A stretch of DNA of 63,982 bases, counting the filler, from Intoshia linei (Eukaryota > Animalia > Orthonectida): the NCBI GenBank assembly GCA_001642005.1. It is 11 parts of 11 records of this genome, joined end to end, with 100 filler letters (N's around TTAATTAATTAA, not from the genome) between each part and the next. Parts side by side here need not be neighbours in the genome. Positions count along the whole stretch, not along the records: positions 30,617 to 39,460 come from LWCA01001413.1; positions 39,561 to 45,387 come from LWCA01001740.1; positions 45,488 to 50,860 come from LWCA01001785.1; 8 more parts are not named here. One strand, given 5' to 3'. How positions within the stretch are numbered: the first letter of the stretch is position 1; each line of letters starts with the position of its first letter. Positions 37,101-50,756 of the stretch are shown in pieces. The translations under genes and the position numbers were made by a program. Below the pieces are notes generated by a model. That model was not told the DNA's origin. It saw nothing but the letters and a program-made list of their open reading frames with translations, and did not search any database.

Positions 37101-37991
37101 TGATAGATGAAAAAATTGAAAAGAGGGACCAGCTATGGCCAACAAATAAGGGAACGGCTTCTAATATATCAATATAAACTTTACATTATAAAGTTAACAT
37201 TTGATATATGAAAAATTACATTGTTTCTAAAAATTTCAATTGGAGTCGTAGTGTACAAATAAAGTATATCTCGATGAGGATAGAATTTGTTGGGTCCCAA
37301 AATCATCCATTCTTCACCTTTTATCCTTGATTTTCCAAAACCGTCATCATCAACGTCATTTAAGGCCTTGAAATGGGCAGCACCGGCGTTTTTAATTGTA
37401 ATACATTTTAATATTTCCACAAATTTCAATTCAATTTTTGGAACATACAATTCTATTAATATAAATAAAATGGTGTTAAAACTTACGTGGTCCAGATAAA
37501 TAAAACTCATTTCCAGGTTTCATAAGCTTGTCACCATCTACATATTCCATCAACACTTTAAGTCGTAAAATTGTATTTCGTTTAATATAATGCATTGGCG
37601 TTACTTCCTGTATGAGTTTTTCTCCGGGGTACAAAGCAAAAGGTTCTTGATGGAATAATATAACTCGTTTACCATATTGCAATTTGGGCATTCCATTATT
37701 ATTCATAACAATTTCATTTTTATTAATTAAAATTGGGTTTTCGAGTATACAGTAGTGGTTTTTAGGTATCACTACATAACGTTCTACTTTACCGAATTCT
37801 CTATAGTTTTATAAATTAAGTTATTTATAATTATTTACATTTCATCATTTTTAAGTGTATATTTTTGAGGTCCTGTGATAACTGTTATAATTCGAGTATT
37901 TATGTTCTACGGTATTATATAATGTCATAATTACAAAAGATACCTTAATATAGATATAAGTATTTGTATACAAATTTTTCGTTTGTAACAT
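34165..37991 (-). CDS. MVP: Major vault protein-like gene; 8 exons (37991-37944, 37906-37839, 37800-37487, 37452-37220, 36599-36474, 35694-35464, 34624-34472, 34416-34165), about 474 aa covering the N-terminal repeat domains
   Basis: The spliced product has the MVP repeat motifs in order: YIYIKNINT..VITGP, IPKNHYCILENP, QEPFALYPGE, GNEFYLSGP.LYVP, GEEWMILGP, GDQWVV, AGEKWLVKGP.LYMP, GIYVKNCDTG, YMLKENEELW.K and KTKVITL. All splice phases are consistent; the first three introns are 37, 38 and 34 bp. Confidence 0.9.
34909..35400 (+). mobile_element. 5' part of Helitron-like element in MVP intron
   Basis: A|TCGTTACTTATATAA, a (GT)n tract, and a body near-identical to 54026-54560. Confidence 0.7.
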
Positions 37992-39221
37992 TTTGATTAT
38001 ATTTTGATTATGTTTTGATTTTGTATTTAAATAAGAAATTAAATACGAAGAAAAATATTTAATGTTTACTAGTTAAATTCAAATAAATTTGAAATTTATT
38101 AATGTTAACATAAGCAATGGCATTGAGTTAAGTAAACAGTTATGTATGTATTTAAGAGAATATTGTGCAGGTGTATCATATATTCTATGAATCATCAAGT
38201 TAATCATTAATAATAACTTTATACAGTGAATAATTCGTAAGAACATGACTCACAGTAACAACATCACAAGATAAGAAAAACTTAAATGTTATATGACATG
38301 AGCCTTGCGCCAATTGTCGCCAAAATAAGGCTCTTTTAATTAGTTTTTGGGTTATTTTCAGGATTGTATAAAAATATTTTTTTATATTTATGAGTTTTTT
38401 TATAACCTTATGTTTTGTTGAATTAAGAATTGGTTGTTTAAATAAATAAAAAATTAAATAACATATTTTTTAAAATTATATCAGAAAAAAACCTAAACTT
38501 CTTTGAATGTGTTAAGACATTACCCAACTTATATTTGAAGTTTGTCAAATATTCTATAATTCAAAATACATTCCAAATTAAAAATATACATATTTATAAT
38601 TATATATAATGCAATTTTTGTACATGCCTGAGCGTTCATTATTCAACTATTGAGACTATGAACAATGAAAAAATAATTATTAGTTATTATCTGTAAGTTT
38701 TATCAAAAATCAAGATAAAAAATTTAATTTTTAAGATGAATTTGAAATTAAAAAACCTTTAACATGTATGAATACTTTTGAATTTCATTTTATAATGAAA
38801 AAAAAAATTAAATCTTAAACAATATTATTCAATTTTATCAATAAAATATCAATCGTAATTATTTACTGAGAATACAAAAATCAGTTTCAATTTCTAAGAT
38901 TAAAATTTGTTTATTAATAACATTTTTTCATTTAATTTTAATTTTATTTTGTCATCAATTTAAAAATTTTTGTAACTATCGAATTTCAATTTATATTTAG
39001 TTTATTTAAATTTTTCTATTATTTAAAATAAAAAATATTAAATTATTAATAGTCGTAGAACTTTAAAAAATTATTCTGAAAATTAAATTCAATTTATCAA
39101 CAAAAAAGATTTTAACTATAGAAATTTAAATATTTTCAATGACTAACGTATTTTAATCTTTTATCAACTACTATTTCATTTTTTGTTAACCCTAATACTC
39201 CCAGTGTGACCATATGGTCAC

Positions 39222-39460
39222 TAGGGCTGTTCAAAAAAAAAAAAAATTCAGACAAATTAGCAGCTATAATTGATGCGTGCAAATTTGTTGTCGATTACTG
39301 GGCGCCTGCTTGGTTCACTTGTAGAAGACAAACTGAATCAATTGAATTATTACGAGGAATACTTGAAAGTAAAACATTGGAATGCTTTAATCTGAATTAT
39401 ATGTTCCGATCATATCCTATCAATGTGGATGTTACAAATGAAATTTGTGAGAGATCTCTG
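39222..39460 (+). mobile_element. hATm-like non-autonomous element end with transposase remnant
   Basis: Starts TAGGGCTGTTCA and encodes WAPAWF...VDVTNEICERSL. 39370-39458 is near-identical to the reverse complement of 45296-45387. Confidence 0.6.
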
Positions 39461-39689
39461 NNNNNNNNNNNNNNNNNNNNNNNNNNNNNNNNNNNNNNNN
39501 NNNNTTAATTAATTAANNNNNNNNNNNNNNNNNNNNNNNNNNNNNNNNNNNNNNNNNNNNTTTTTTAATATAATGATAAAAAGTCCGGCCACCTTTCACT
39601 TTGAAAAATCACACTTTTTATTATGATTGATTGTTTATTATTCCTATATATTTATTAGAAATTGTATAATTGTAAAATTGTATTTTTTA

Positions 39690-40200
39690 AAAAATATTGG
39701 AAAAAGGGATTTTTCGCTTAAAGGTTGGTAAAATTGCATTAAGAAGTGTTTTTAAACATGGTTTGGTAAAATCGAAATTTTTAAAAAAAAAATTAGAAAA
39801 AGTTGATGTCTCCCATTAGGGTGATAAACTTGGATTTGTTCTTTTGGATTGGATTAAGTGGTTTTTTCCTTTAGATTTGGTAAAATTTTATTTTTTAAAA
39901 AAAAATTGGAAAAAAAGGATTTTCTCTTAAGGGTTGGTAACATTGGATTTTTTATCATACGGTTTCACCTTAATTATGTTTTTTTTGTGTTTAGATTTAA
40001 TATTAGCTTTTTTCTTTTAGATTTGGTAAAATTTTATTTATCAAAAAAAAATTAGAAAAAGTGGATTTCTCCCTTAAGTGATGTTGATAGTGATAAGTAA
40101 ACTTTTATTTTTTTTGGTCAGGTTTATTAAAAACCGATTTTTCAAAAAAATATTATGAAGTGGAATTTTCCCTTTAGGGTTGGTAAATTTGAATTTGGAT
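39690..40200. repeat. Degenerate minisatellite
   Basis: Recurrent AAAAAATT(A/G)GAAAAAG.GGATTT..CC.TTAAGGGTTGGTAAAATT units. Confidence 0.65.
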
Positions 40201-40370
40201 TTAATGGTGTTATCTCTTTAATAATATTAAATTAATTTCTGAAATATTCAATTTATATAATATATATTTCAATATATAAGCATTTAATATGGTCATATCA
40301 AATACAAACATGACCTTATTTAGTTCAAACATGACTATATAAATAGAGAACATCTATATAACCGTTTTAG

Positions 40371-40637
40371 ATTAAAGTTACAGATGGATATAGCAATAAC
40401 ATTTATTTATCATTTGACGGAAAAGGCTCAATTAGATTAGGTCCTTCTGACTCGTAATTTTTTTATAATTTAAGTTTATAAATATCAGGTTGGTATTACT
40501 ATTTATTTAGAATGATTATTAACCAAAGCCAGTACCCAATTCAATGCATTAGCTATAAAGATTCTTTACAAGAATGGTTTACTCAATTAGCTTCTTGCTT
40601 ACATTGGAATGCTAGAATAAACCAAAAACCTAAATAG
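40371..40637 (+). CDS. NADK: NAD kinase, last two exons (40371-40453, 40511-40637)
   Basis: IYLSFDGKGSIRLGPSDS|MIINQSQYPIQCISYKDSLQEWFTQLASCLHWNARINQK* matches the NADK C-terminus VSFDG...GDS.I..S.YP.......DWFESLAQCLHWNVR.KQ. Missed by the ORF track. Confidence 0.88.
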
Positions 40638-41288
40638 TATTTTAATAAATTTTTAATTTTTTCTCTATTTTGACGACTATTCAATTATAATTATATATTG
40701 CTGTATACAGGCTTTTAACCTAATTAAACCCTGCACTAAAATCGAATAAATATTTTCATTAATTTATTTAAACTAAATTTAAATTCATATACAAAAATTT
40801 AAACGATGAAAAAATAAGTAAATAGAGTCACAGGTTAATATTTTTTTTAATATTTTTGTAAAAATTATCATTCTTTGCAAATTGATAGTTATTTTTAGTA
40901 ATAAAAAGATATTATTTGAAACTTTTTGGAGGCTTATTAAAGTTTGAGAAATAACTCGAATCGTTAAATGTTTAAAGTTTATTAATTTAATTAATTTTAT
41001 TGTAGTTTATACAGCAAGTAATATAATATTTTTATTTCTTTAATGATATCCGAATCCAAGCAAACTTGAGATTCATAAAAGTCACAAAGTATTTGGTACA
41101 ATTAGTGAAAAATTTGATTAATTTGAATATTTATAATTATACTGCAAAAATTACCAGATTAATTTTTATAATAAACTAATTTAACTGCAAATGTTTTGCT
41201 TGTAAACAATACAACACTGAGCGACGTAATGAAAACAATAATATATAAATCAATACCTCACAATCAAGCACACGGAAAAAATCTCTAA

Positions 41289-43277
41289 ATGAGTAGAATT
41301 GCACCACAATGGTCTCGTATTAAAAAAATTGAAAATACAAATTTAGAATATGATAACCTAGAAAAAATTTCTGATGTAAGGTTTAGCAATGATACATTAT
41401 CAACAAATTTAACTTCACATATTAAATCAAAAGCAAATGCTATAGACGAAGTTGAATTCTCAAACAGACATTTAATTGAAAAATACAAAGCTGAAAACAA
41501 TAATTTAGAAAACAATATGAAATTTATAAAAACTAAACACTCTGAAATGTTAATTTTGCTTCAAAACGAAATTGATACACTTAAAAATAGAAATAAAGGT
41601 ACATGACATTAAATATAAAAATACATAAAAAAGCAAAGCGGGGTATTTATAGATTAAAAAATTTTATTTAATGTAATGACTTTTTTTATATAAACACTAG
41701 GTTGACTGTAATGTACTACGAACAAACAGCACCTAGCTCTGCCGAGGGCACATTTCTATTATACCAAAAAAATAAATTCACGTTCAAAATCTAACATAAA
41801 AATCCTACTATTCACTATTATCATTTCTTTAAAGGAGTGGTTCCCACATTTGTTTCAGGTGGAACCATCATATCACATTACTTTTTACTTACGTAAGTGA
41901 ATTATTCTATTTTAATTTTGTTTTGTTAACATTTGCGTAAAGAATTTTAAAAACAATTGTTATCCTATTTTTTTAATTTATTTAACAGAATGTGTGTATA
42001 ATATTAAAAATAAAGTAAAAACAGTCCAATCCTAAAAATTGTCATATATAGCATAAATTCCAGAAAAAATATAATTAGGAAATTATAATAAAGTCAAATC
42101 ATATAGAATCTATATATTATATTATAGATAATAAAATTAAAATAACAATAATAATTTTTAATTAGTATTCGATAAAGCTAGCAAATTTTATAAATAGTGG
42201 ACCAGATAATCAATTTATGAACTTTGGAACATCACATTTACTTTTTAATAATTTTAAAAATAATGCTTATATGATCATGATATAACGTACAAACTTTATA
42301 TTTGTTAAAAATTTATAAAAATAAAATAAATTTAGCAGAAATGGAATAAATCGATTTTTAAGCTGTTTTTTTTAATCAGAGCCGAAACTAGACTACTTGA
42401 AACCCTCCTCTGCGGACCTCGACGAGATGTTTGCAAAATTAAGCATTTAAAAAATTATATTGAATATCATAACTTCTTCATGTGGTAGATTTAAAATGTC
42501 AAGTTAAATTTACATTAACAACAGTTAAGAAAGGATTTAAGAATTATTTTGCCATTATATATAATGCCGGCACTGTATGTATATTAGGGTGGACATAATT
42601 TCAACATTTATGAACTTTTGATAAGACAAGATCCAAAAGTTTTCGTTTTGATTAGCAGACATAAAATCCAAAATCTTAACAAAATTCAAAAAGTTTATAA
42701 GGGTGCTCAAGGGCACAGAATATCAAATTATTATTTAAATATGAATATTAAGAGTATTACTTACTTAAATTATCAAATTAATTCTAGGAAAGCCAAATAA
42801 GGTTCAATTAATAATTTTAAATGTAGAATAAAATTTAACTTGTTAAATTTTAATTAATTAACAATGAATTTTAAATAAAATTGTGATATTTTTTATACAT
42901 AATTATTAAATTTAGTCAAAACTCTATTTTCTAAATTTTTGAAGTTTTTGCATGTCGAGACAACGTTATCCATCAATGTAAGAGATCTTTCGCATATCTC
43001 ATTGGTGAAAGATATATCCATAAAATCTGTGCTAAGGTCAAAATATTTTTATGACAAATTTGAAAAGTTGCGAAATAATGCTGTAATTGCGCATTTGTTC
43101 GGAGGTGGTCGGTGATGTCTTGATAAAGTACAACTATTTTGCAGAGCATAATAGCTGTCGCGCACTGTAAATAAAATTAATATAAAATGTAATATTTAGA
43201 TTTGCAAGTTAGATTGTTGATTTTATCTAAAACACCCAATGATTCACTTGTTTCAAAATCCAAACAAAACTATTATG
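41289..43277 (+). CDS. CCDC74/CCDC92-like coiled-coil protein, exons 41289-41598 and 43200-43277 (3' incomplete)
   Basis: LENNMKFIKTKHSEMLILLQNEIDTLKNRNK|DLQVRLLI matches the CCDC92/74 motif LEKNL.FLQ..HS..L..LH.EIE.LK..NKDL..KLI across a phase-1 intron. Confidence 0.7.
41697..42100 (-). mobile_element. 3' end of Helitron-like element
   Basis: The minus strand ends GTCAACCTAG|T with the same subterminal sequence as the other copies. Confidence 0.75.
42585..43150 (-). mobile_element. hATm-like transposase remnant
   Basis: DISFTNEICERSLTLMD and ILWIYLSP motifs. TAGGGTG-type terminus near 42585. Confidence 0.5.
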
Positions 43278-43346
43278 GTAAAATTTTATTGAAATATATA
43301 TTGAAATATATACAATGTATATTATACATATTGTATATCAAATTAA

Positions 43347-44707
43347 CTAGCTTGACTGTTATGTACTTTGTACAAACAGAAACTAGATGCCGAGGATTGA
43401 CTTTTTTATTATAAACAGATTTTTTAATTGATTATAGGAAATGTCCAATGAAATATAATATTAAAATTTTACTTCAAATTAAAAAAGTTTAAATCAGATT
43501 TTATTCAATGCAAATTAAATTATTTTTATCAAAAAATGACAGTTTTGACTTTGGCTACTTTCTCAATGACTAAGTAAATTTTGTGCGGCCGTAGTATCAA
43601 TGAGTAAAGTAGCTTTTCTGCTGAATTTTTAGAAAGGTTGTACACGCCTGGACTAAAGTAACTAATTTACAGTAGTGAAATTTATTTGTATGTATACCAA
43701 CAGATTTGATCCAGATAAATTAATTTACTTTATGGCAGACATTCTCAACCCTTTTTCGGTATTGAATTCTAGGATGATATTGAAAAAACCTGTGCACCAC
43801 TAAAAAAAATTAGATATATTACATCCTGCATTTATACAGTTTAAATGAGTATTAACAGAATTTTTGTTAACGGAAATTCCATTTTAAGTTAAATTAATTA
43901 ATTCAAATTTTAAACGAAATATTTTGAAAATGAGAATTTGAGAAGGAAAAATTGCGTAGCAATCAAAAAAAATCCGAAAAAATCCATTACACTGGTTTCT
44001 GTACAATATGAATATGAATTAAGATAAACATATAATAAATTAACAAAAGCAATGAACAATAGTTTGTAATTTTGTTGCTATTTTCAATTTTTTGATAAGA
44101 TCAATGAATACTAAAGTGTTTTTTTGACGATAAAGGTGTCACTTAATCAGATTAAAAAATTTTGTGTGTGCTAACTGGATATAACTGTATCATTGGTAAT
44201 TTTTTTTAAATTCTAGGGCTGTTTTCATTTTTTAAAAAAAGGGTAATTTGGGTTTTTTACCGTGAAAATTATTTTTTTTGAGATTATCATTTATGATAAT
44301 GCTTATAAATTTAAAACTATTCCAGCATTTATGTTGTATACAAGTATAAGACTTTCTTAATTTTTACAAAAAAAAGTCATTTAGGGTTTTGGCACTGAAG
44401 TGATAAGATTTTGAAATGTAATACTTTTGATTAGAATGTGTAATTTTTATAATTCCAGGACCAGTTCAAAGCAGTTCAGGACTGGTTTGAATTTAAAAAC
44501 AAAGGACAATTTAAGTTTTTAACCTTGAAAGACTCAATTTATGAAATTAAAATTTGTGATAAAGCATCACTCTGTAAAAACTGTTATAAGAATATGGAAT
44601 TTGTAAAACTCGATTCCCCTTATTTTCTTAAATAAACTGGAACAATAAATAAATAAAAAAATAAACAGACATAGATTTTTAACCATTTTACTTTATATAA
44701 GTAGGGA
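43347..44707 (-). mobile_element. Degenerate Helitron-like copy, possibly full length with nested MITE pieces
   Basis: 5' TCCCTACTTATATAA at 44707 and 3' ...GTACATAACAGTCAAGCTAG|T at 43347. The body matches the family. Confidence 0.55.
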
Positions 44708-44717
44708 CTATATAGAT

Positions 44718-45387
44718 TAGGGCTGTTCATTTTTTACAAAATTTTCGATTCGAAAAAAATCCACCCCCTACCTTGAAGAGGGTACTTTAAAACCCATAAA
44801 AATGTGTACCCTGTTTGAATTTTAAGATTTTCGCGCGCTTTTTTCCCTTTTTCTTAATTGGCGCCATTTTTTTTTTTTTAAAGATGGATATGATTAATGT
44901 ATGATCCACTAAGACATATGTCAAATTTTAACGTTATTAACGTTTTAGACACATTTTAATGAAAAAAAGTAATATGAACTCTCTAGAAGCCGAACTAAAA
45001 AATTGAACTGTGTTTGTTCTAATCGATTAATTTTTATAATTTTTGTATGACAATATGTAAAATGTTATGCAGATTCGAGGCAATTAAGTGTAGTTTTTTT
45101 TTATTATTAGTTTCTTCGTTTTAATTAATTAAAATCAGGAAAAAAAACCAAAATACTTTATTATCTTGAAAAAATTACGATAAATCATGGATACAATAGT
45201 TTTTAAAATATTAAATATTTATTTTGTTAAAACTTAACAGTAATTTTGTTTCAATGTCAACAATATTACGGTCGACAAATTTTTTTACATATCTTAGAGA
45301 TCTCTTACAAATTTCATTTGTAACATCCACATGGATAGGATATGATCGCAACATATAATTCCGATTAAAGCATTCCAATGTTTTACC
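44718..45387 (-). mobile_element. hATm-like element end
   Basis: Terminus TAGGGCTGTTCA at 44718, the same as at 39222. The minus strand encodes VDVTNEICKRSLRYVK. Confidence 0.6.
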
Positions 45388-45859
45388 NNNNNNNNNNNNN
45401 NNNNNNNNNNNNNNNNNNNNNNNNNNNNNNNTTAATTAATTAANNNNNNNNNNNNNNNNNNNNNNNNNNNNNNNNNNNNNNNNNNNNTTCTAGGGTAAAA
45501 TTAACTGTAATTTACGATACCAAGGTTAAAAATATGAAAATTTTACTGCAAATATAACGGTTTTATAAAAAAGAGAAATGGGGTCCTAAAAAGTACTGAT
45601 CCCTAATTTTGATTTTAACGTCTTTTTTGCTATCTAAATGAACTTTCAAATTCAGAAATATAATTCCATTACAAGACTCTTAAATCGCTCATTTTTTTAA
45701 TTAATTTACAGTTGAAGTTACATATAAATATTTAATTTAATTTTTACAAAAATATATATAGTCACATCATATTTAATATTTCCATATTTTAATATTTTCA
45801 TATGTATTTTTCCGTGTACCGACGCTCAAAAACATTTAAAATTTGATTTAATTTTCAAA

Positions 45860-46250
45860 TTACAAATTGGAAACGCTCCCCATGCTCGTCTGACCAATTT
45901 CCGCAATTCTTTGCAAAGTAATCAAAATGGTCATCTAAATAATGCATCTTTATACTATACAGACAATCCATTATATCGTAACAAGTAAACATATCTTCAA
46001 TTGCAACTAAAATTAACTATAAATATGGTTAATTAAATATACTACCTTTATAATTCACAGTTCTACGATTTCCGAGAAACATATTCACCACCTTTTCAAA
46101 ACTATTAAATGCATTCAATTCAATTTCACTTAATGAGTTTCGAAATTCTGTACTCTTTAATAATGTTCTAATTTCTGGGCCATTTAAAATACCAGCACTT
46201 AATTTAGCCAATTTTAGGATTTAAGAATATTCTCATTAAAATTTAAATGG
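45860..46250 (-). pseudogene. DNA transposase remnant (GP.IR..FLGN..SDEHGERF family, tentatively Sola-like)
   Basis: AKLSAGILNGPEIRTLL...FEKVVNMFLGN...SIKMHYLDDHFDYFAKNCGNWSDEHGERF. Confidence 0.65.
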
Positions 46251-46600
46251 AAATTTTTCAAATTTGTTTATCATTCCGTTTTTTAATTTTTTTTATTGAT
46301 TTTTGATTCTTTTTATTTAACAGATAGGTACTGTAGTTGAAGAATTTAGTCTTTACGACGTATATTGTACGTCTAAACTTTAGACTCTAAAGTAATCATT
46401 TTAAAATGTCCGAAAGGGCCTCGGAAAAATCTAGGTTAGAGTATGGTCAAAGTGTTTGATACTTTATAATAAAAATCTTGTCATTTTATTTAATGCATTA
46501 AATTAATTATTATTAATTAATTATTTTGACACCTGATACCTACATTACTTTTTGAATACTTGAAAAATATGGCGGTATAATTATATTTTTATTAATTTAG

Positions 46601-49600
46601 AGAGAGGGGTATAACTATGGATGTTATGGAAATTGAGTTTGAACTTAAAGATAGAATAATTCATTTGGTTGATACTCCTGGACATAAAGATTTAATTCCA
46701 ACCATGATTAAAGGTCTGTGACATGTTTTCGTTATAAATAGTATATAATAAACAAAATAATAAATACAATACATTGCAATGTGCAATATAATTCAGTGGT
46801 TTGCGGACTATTTGTGTATACCATCCCTTGATTAGTAGATATCATTAGTGACCATCCTCTATTTTTAAAAAATAATATATTTTCTACCTATTTTATTTGA
46901 AAACAAAATTTCTATATAAAAAGTAATTTTCAATCTGATATTTGTTTTACTTTTTGGTAAATTCCTGCAATCTCCTATTGTCTGCCTGCTTATTTGATGA
47001 AATTATCCATGGGACACTGTACAATATTTATACATTATTTATTATTATTATTAACTGCTAATTTCTTGAAAATATTTTACAATAAATTATTATTTTATAG
47101 GAGTATGTGGAACAGAAGTTGGAATAATTGTTTTATCTGCACACACCGGCGAATTCGAATCAGGGTTTTCTGAATCTGGTCAAACACTGGAGCATTTAAA
47201 ATTGGCTAGAATTTTGGGGATAAATTTTTTGATTTGTTTAATCAATAAAATGGACACTGTATTGTATTCGCAAAATCGATTCAACCAAATTCAAAATAAT
47301 ATCAAGCAAACATTACAAAAATTATCATTTAAAGCTGAAAATATTCAAGCTATACCTATATCAGCTTTAAAAGGAGATAATGTTTCATTTAAATCAACGG
47401 AATCTCAGTTTTCTTGGTACAATGGACCCACGCTGGTTGATGCATTTTGTAAAAAAATTTTTAAATTTTTATTTAATTTTGTCTTTAGCCTCATTTCATT
47501 TACAAAGAAATGAAAGTTATTTAGATAAACCTACCCAAATTTATATTGATGATATTTATAAAAATGGATCGGTTAAAATATTGTCAGTTCAAATTATATC
47601 AGGTTGGCTGACCAACAATATGAATTTGACTATTTTACCTCATAATGAAAATGTGTTTGTTAAAAGTATATTCACATTAACTGTATAACCTGGTGGCTAA
47701 TTTGTTTTATAGTTGGGTCATTTGATATCATTTTTTAGAAGAATAACTTGATATGAGTCGAAATTATTCCACCCAACACCTTCATTTTAAGCCATAAGTT
47801 GAATTTATAAAAGAAGACGCATAAATGTAGTATACAATACACCTTAAACAAGGATTTGGCAAAATGAACCATATGTATCTTGGGCCCATGTATATTTTTA
47901 AGACTATTGAGGGGTCCAGGGACTAAAAAATTTAATTTTAAACTAAAGTTAAGAAAACTTACCTGACAGGTTCGTGATTATTGATTAATTATTAAAATTA
48001 ATGATGAGTTGATTGATAAACAAATACAATATTTTTGCAATGATGTAAAAGTTAAAATTTTCTGGCTCCTTATTTACGTTTTCATGATACCCGGGATGTG
48101 GAGAGCCCAAAGTGACTCCGGTCAGATAAAAATTAAAAATATACATTTTGGTTTCCTATTGATTTTTTAACTTTTGTTTCAGCGTTACCTTGCTGGAGTA
48201 AAACAATTTCGCCTCAAGATATAAAAAATTTTTCTAAAATGACTTGTTATTTTAGAATAGTAGTCCGAGTGATGAGTGGGTCCGTCATATAACCCAGTCC
48301 CTCTCCAAGACCCTGCATGTCACTTAACTTTTCAAATACATTATTTTAATTATCGCTGGAAATGATAAGTATTCTTAAAATCCCATTTGACCTTTAAAAA
48401 ACACTAGACATTTATGGTAAAAATATTTTTTCTGAGGGATCGTGAGTCATGACTCGTGACCTCAAGAAAACGAAAAATTTAAGTAAGCTTCACTATTTAC
48501 TTGTAATTATTTATTATTTTTGTATGAGATTGCAAGTTTCCATTATTTTTCTTTGGGTTTCCTTAATTATTTATATTATATCAATATCATCTATAAATTT
48601 TTTTATTTAAATATATAATCGTAATTTTTGATATTCATTTTACTCAACAAAATTTGTAAAAATCTAAAAAATTTAAAATTGAATAATTATACAAATTATA
48701 ATTTGGCCACCTTGTACGTTGCCGTCTGTTTTGAATTTCAGTAAATGTAAATAAATTTTTATTTCAATTTTAGAATTTTAGGCATATTTTAGATTTGTAA
48801 TCAATGTCAAAAGTGACAAGACATTAGATTTAGTTAACAAAACATTAACAATTGTTTTAAATGTTCATTTAATTGTTTTCCACGTAATGTAACCACCATA
48901 AATGTTATTCTAAATCAATTGTTCGTATTTATTGAAACCTTAAACAGACGATGACTTTCATATGCTTATATTATTTTATATATAATATATATTTTAAAGT
49001 CTTTATTTATATAGGCATAAGTAAAAACAATGAACCCGTCAATTTTGCGTTTTATAACGATTCTGTTGATATTACTGTCAAAATTGATGATAAAATTCCG
49101 ATATCAAGGGGTAATTTAAAATTATTCCAAAAACAATATTTATGGAATTTATGTTTAAATTTACATGATGTATAATACATCCTTGCCAAGGATTCATTGG
49201 TATATATCAGTGATTCTCAACCTGTGATCCGCGGGCCATTTTGTAATCCTTTTGAAATTTTTTGTGGCCCGCCAAATATTTTAAATAATTATTTAAAAAT
49301 TATAATTTTTAATTTATTCGTACTAAAGTGGTGTGACAATTTCTTCACAAATACATTTATATATTTTAACTGATGTTAGTGTAATTATGAATAATCCCAA
49401 CAAAAAATTGCATGAAAATTTAAAAAAATCATTGATATTTAGGAAACTAGATATTATTTAGAGAACAATTGAAAGTGTATAATTTCTAAAGTACGTCTGG
49501 GTAATATTATTTTTTTCTCCATCACTTCTTAAAAACGATTGTGATAATAATTTCAACGATAAATTATTATCATATCTTGAAGAAATACAAGACTCATTTG

Positions 49601-50756
49601 AATTTTGATTTAAAGACCTTCAATCTATTTGAATAATTTTTAATACTAAATACCATACAAAAATGAATAATGATTAAACATAACCAACTATTTTATAAAT
49701 TTCACTCATGTGTATTTAAATTATTGACACTTGGAACAAAATATTTATGTGAATCTGTTAATAATAAATGAAGTAATTAAAAATATAGTAATTGGATTTA
49801 CATTTTTTTGCAATAAAATAAAAATTGTGGTCCTTCTGAAAAAAAGGTTGAGAACCCCTGCTTTAGACTGTTATTTTTACTGACTTAACTAAATATTTTC
49901 ATCCGTCATCATTATATTTTTTAATTATAAAATGTTATTTATATAAAAAATTACCATTTCAATTAAAGGCTTCACAATACAATTTCTCAATTTAATTTAA
50001 CTCTTTCGTGATGAATGTATCAAATTTGATACAGGGCATTTTTTATGAATTTACGGAGTACCAGGACTTTAAAATTCACAATATTAAGTGGATATCATAA
50101 AGTTAAATGATAGCGAAAGAATTAAAGTTTAATTGAATAAAAAAATCAATTAATAAATACGCTAATCATTAATAAATACCTTATAAAAAATAATTAATAT
50201 CAAAATATTACCTGTGACCTAAAATGCGCCGTTTTAAATGATTGGAGCCTTAATAACTTAAAAAAAGTTTATAAAATAGACAAAAATATTACCTGTCACG
50301 TAAAATCCTCCATTTTATATAATTGTTGCTTTAGTAAATATAAAAAATTTTATTTATGTAATATTATATTACAACGTATTACATAATAAATTTATTCTTC
50401 TACTTACATAAGCGCAAATATATAGTTTTGATAAAAAATTTCAAACAGGCAATTTGTTATCTAATTTTAGTATTTAACTGAAACTAAATTTTATTTTAAA
50501 ATTTTAATTTTATAGGTAATGTATTGTCTTTTCCCAACTTGTGTATGAAATTAACGCAAAACATAATTGTAAAATTGCAAATTTTTAATTTGGTTGAAGC
50601 CATTACTAAAGGATTTGAGGTATCTTTATTAAGTTGTAATGTAAAATTATTTTAGTGTGAAATGTTTTGTCGTCTTTATAAAGGAGATGTCAGTGTGTCT
50701 AAAATTATTGGATATGCTCGTGAATTTAAAAAGCAATGTGAAAATAGAAAACCACG
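46601..50756 (+). CDS. HBS1L: HBS1-like translational GTPase (eEF1A/eRF3 family), internal exons 46601-46713, 47101-47448, 47489-47665, 49015-49110, 50516-50619, 50656-50756
   Basis: ERGITMD (G2), [15 protein letters not shown] (G3), GEFESGF..GQT.EH, NKMD (G4), [17 protein letters not shown] and AITKGF. The G1 exon and the last exon are absent from this contig. Confidence 0.8.
49208..49860. mobile_element. hAT non-autonomous element in HBS1 intron
   Basis: TIRs CAGTGATTCTCAACC / GGTTGAGAACCCCTG. The TSD is not preserved. Confidence 0.65.

Noticed and set aside
48268-48436. Intronic C/D snoRNA (GTGATGA ... CTGA) in the HBS1 intron
   Set aside because: The boxes are about 160 nt apart, with no terminal stem and no recognisable rRNA guide.
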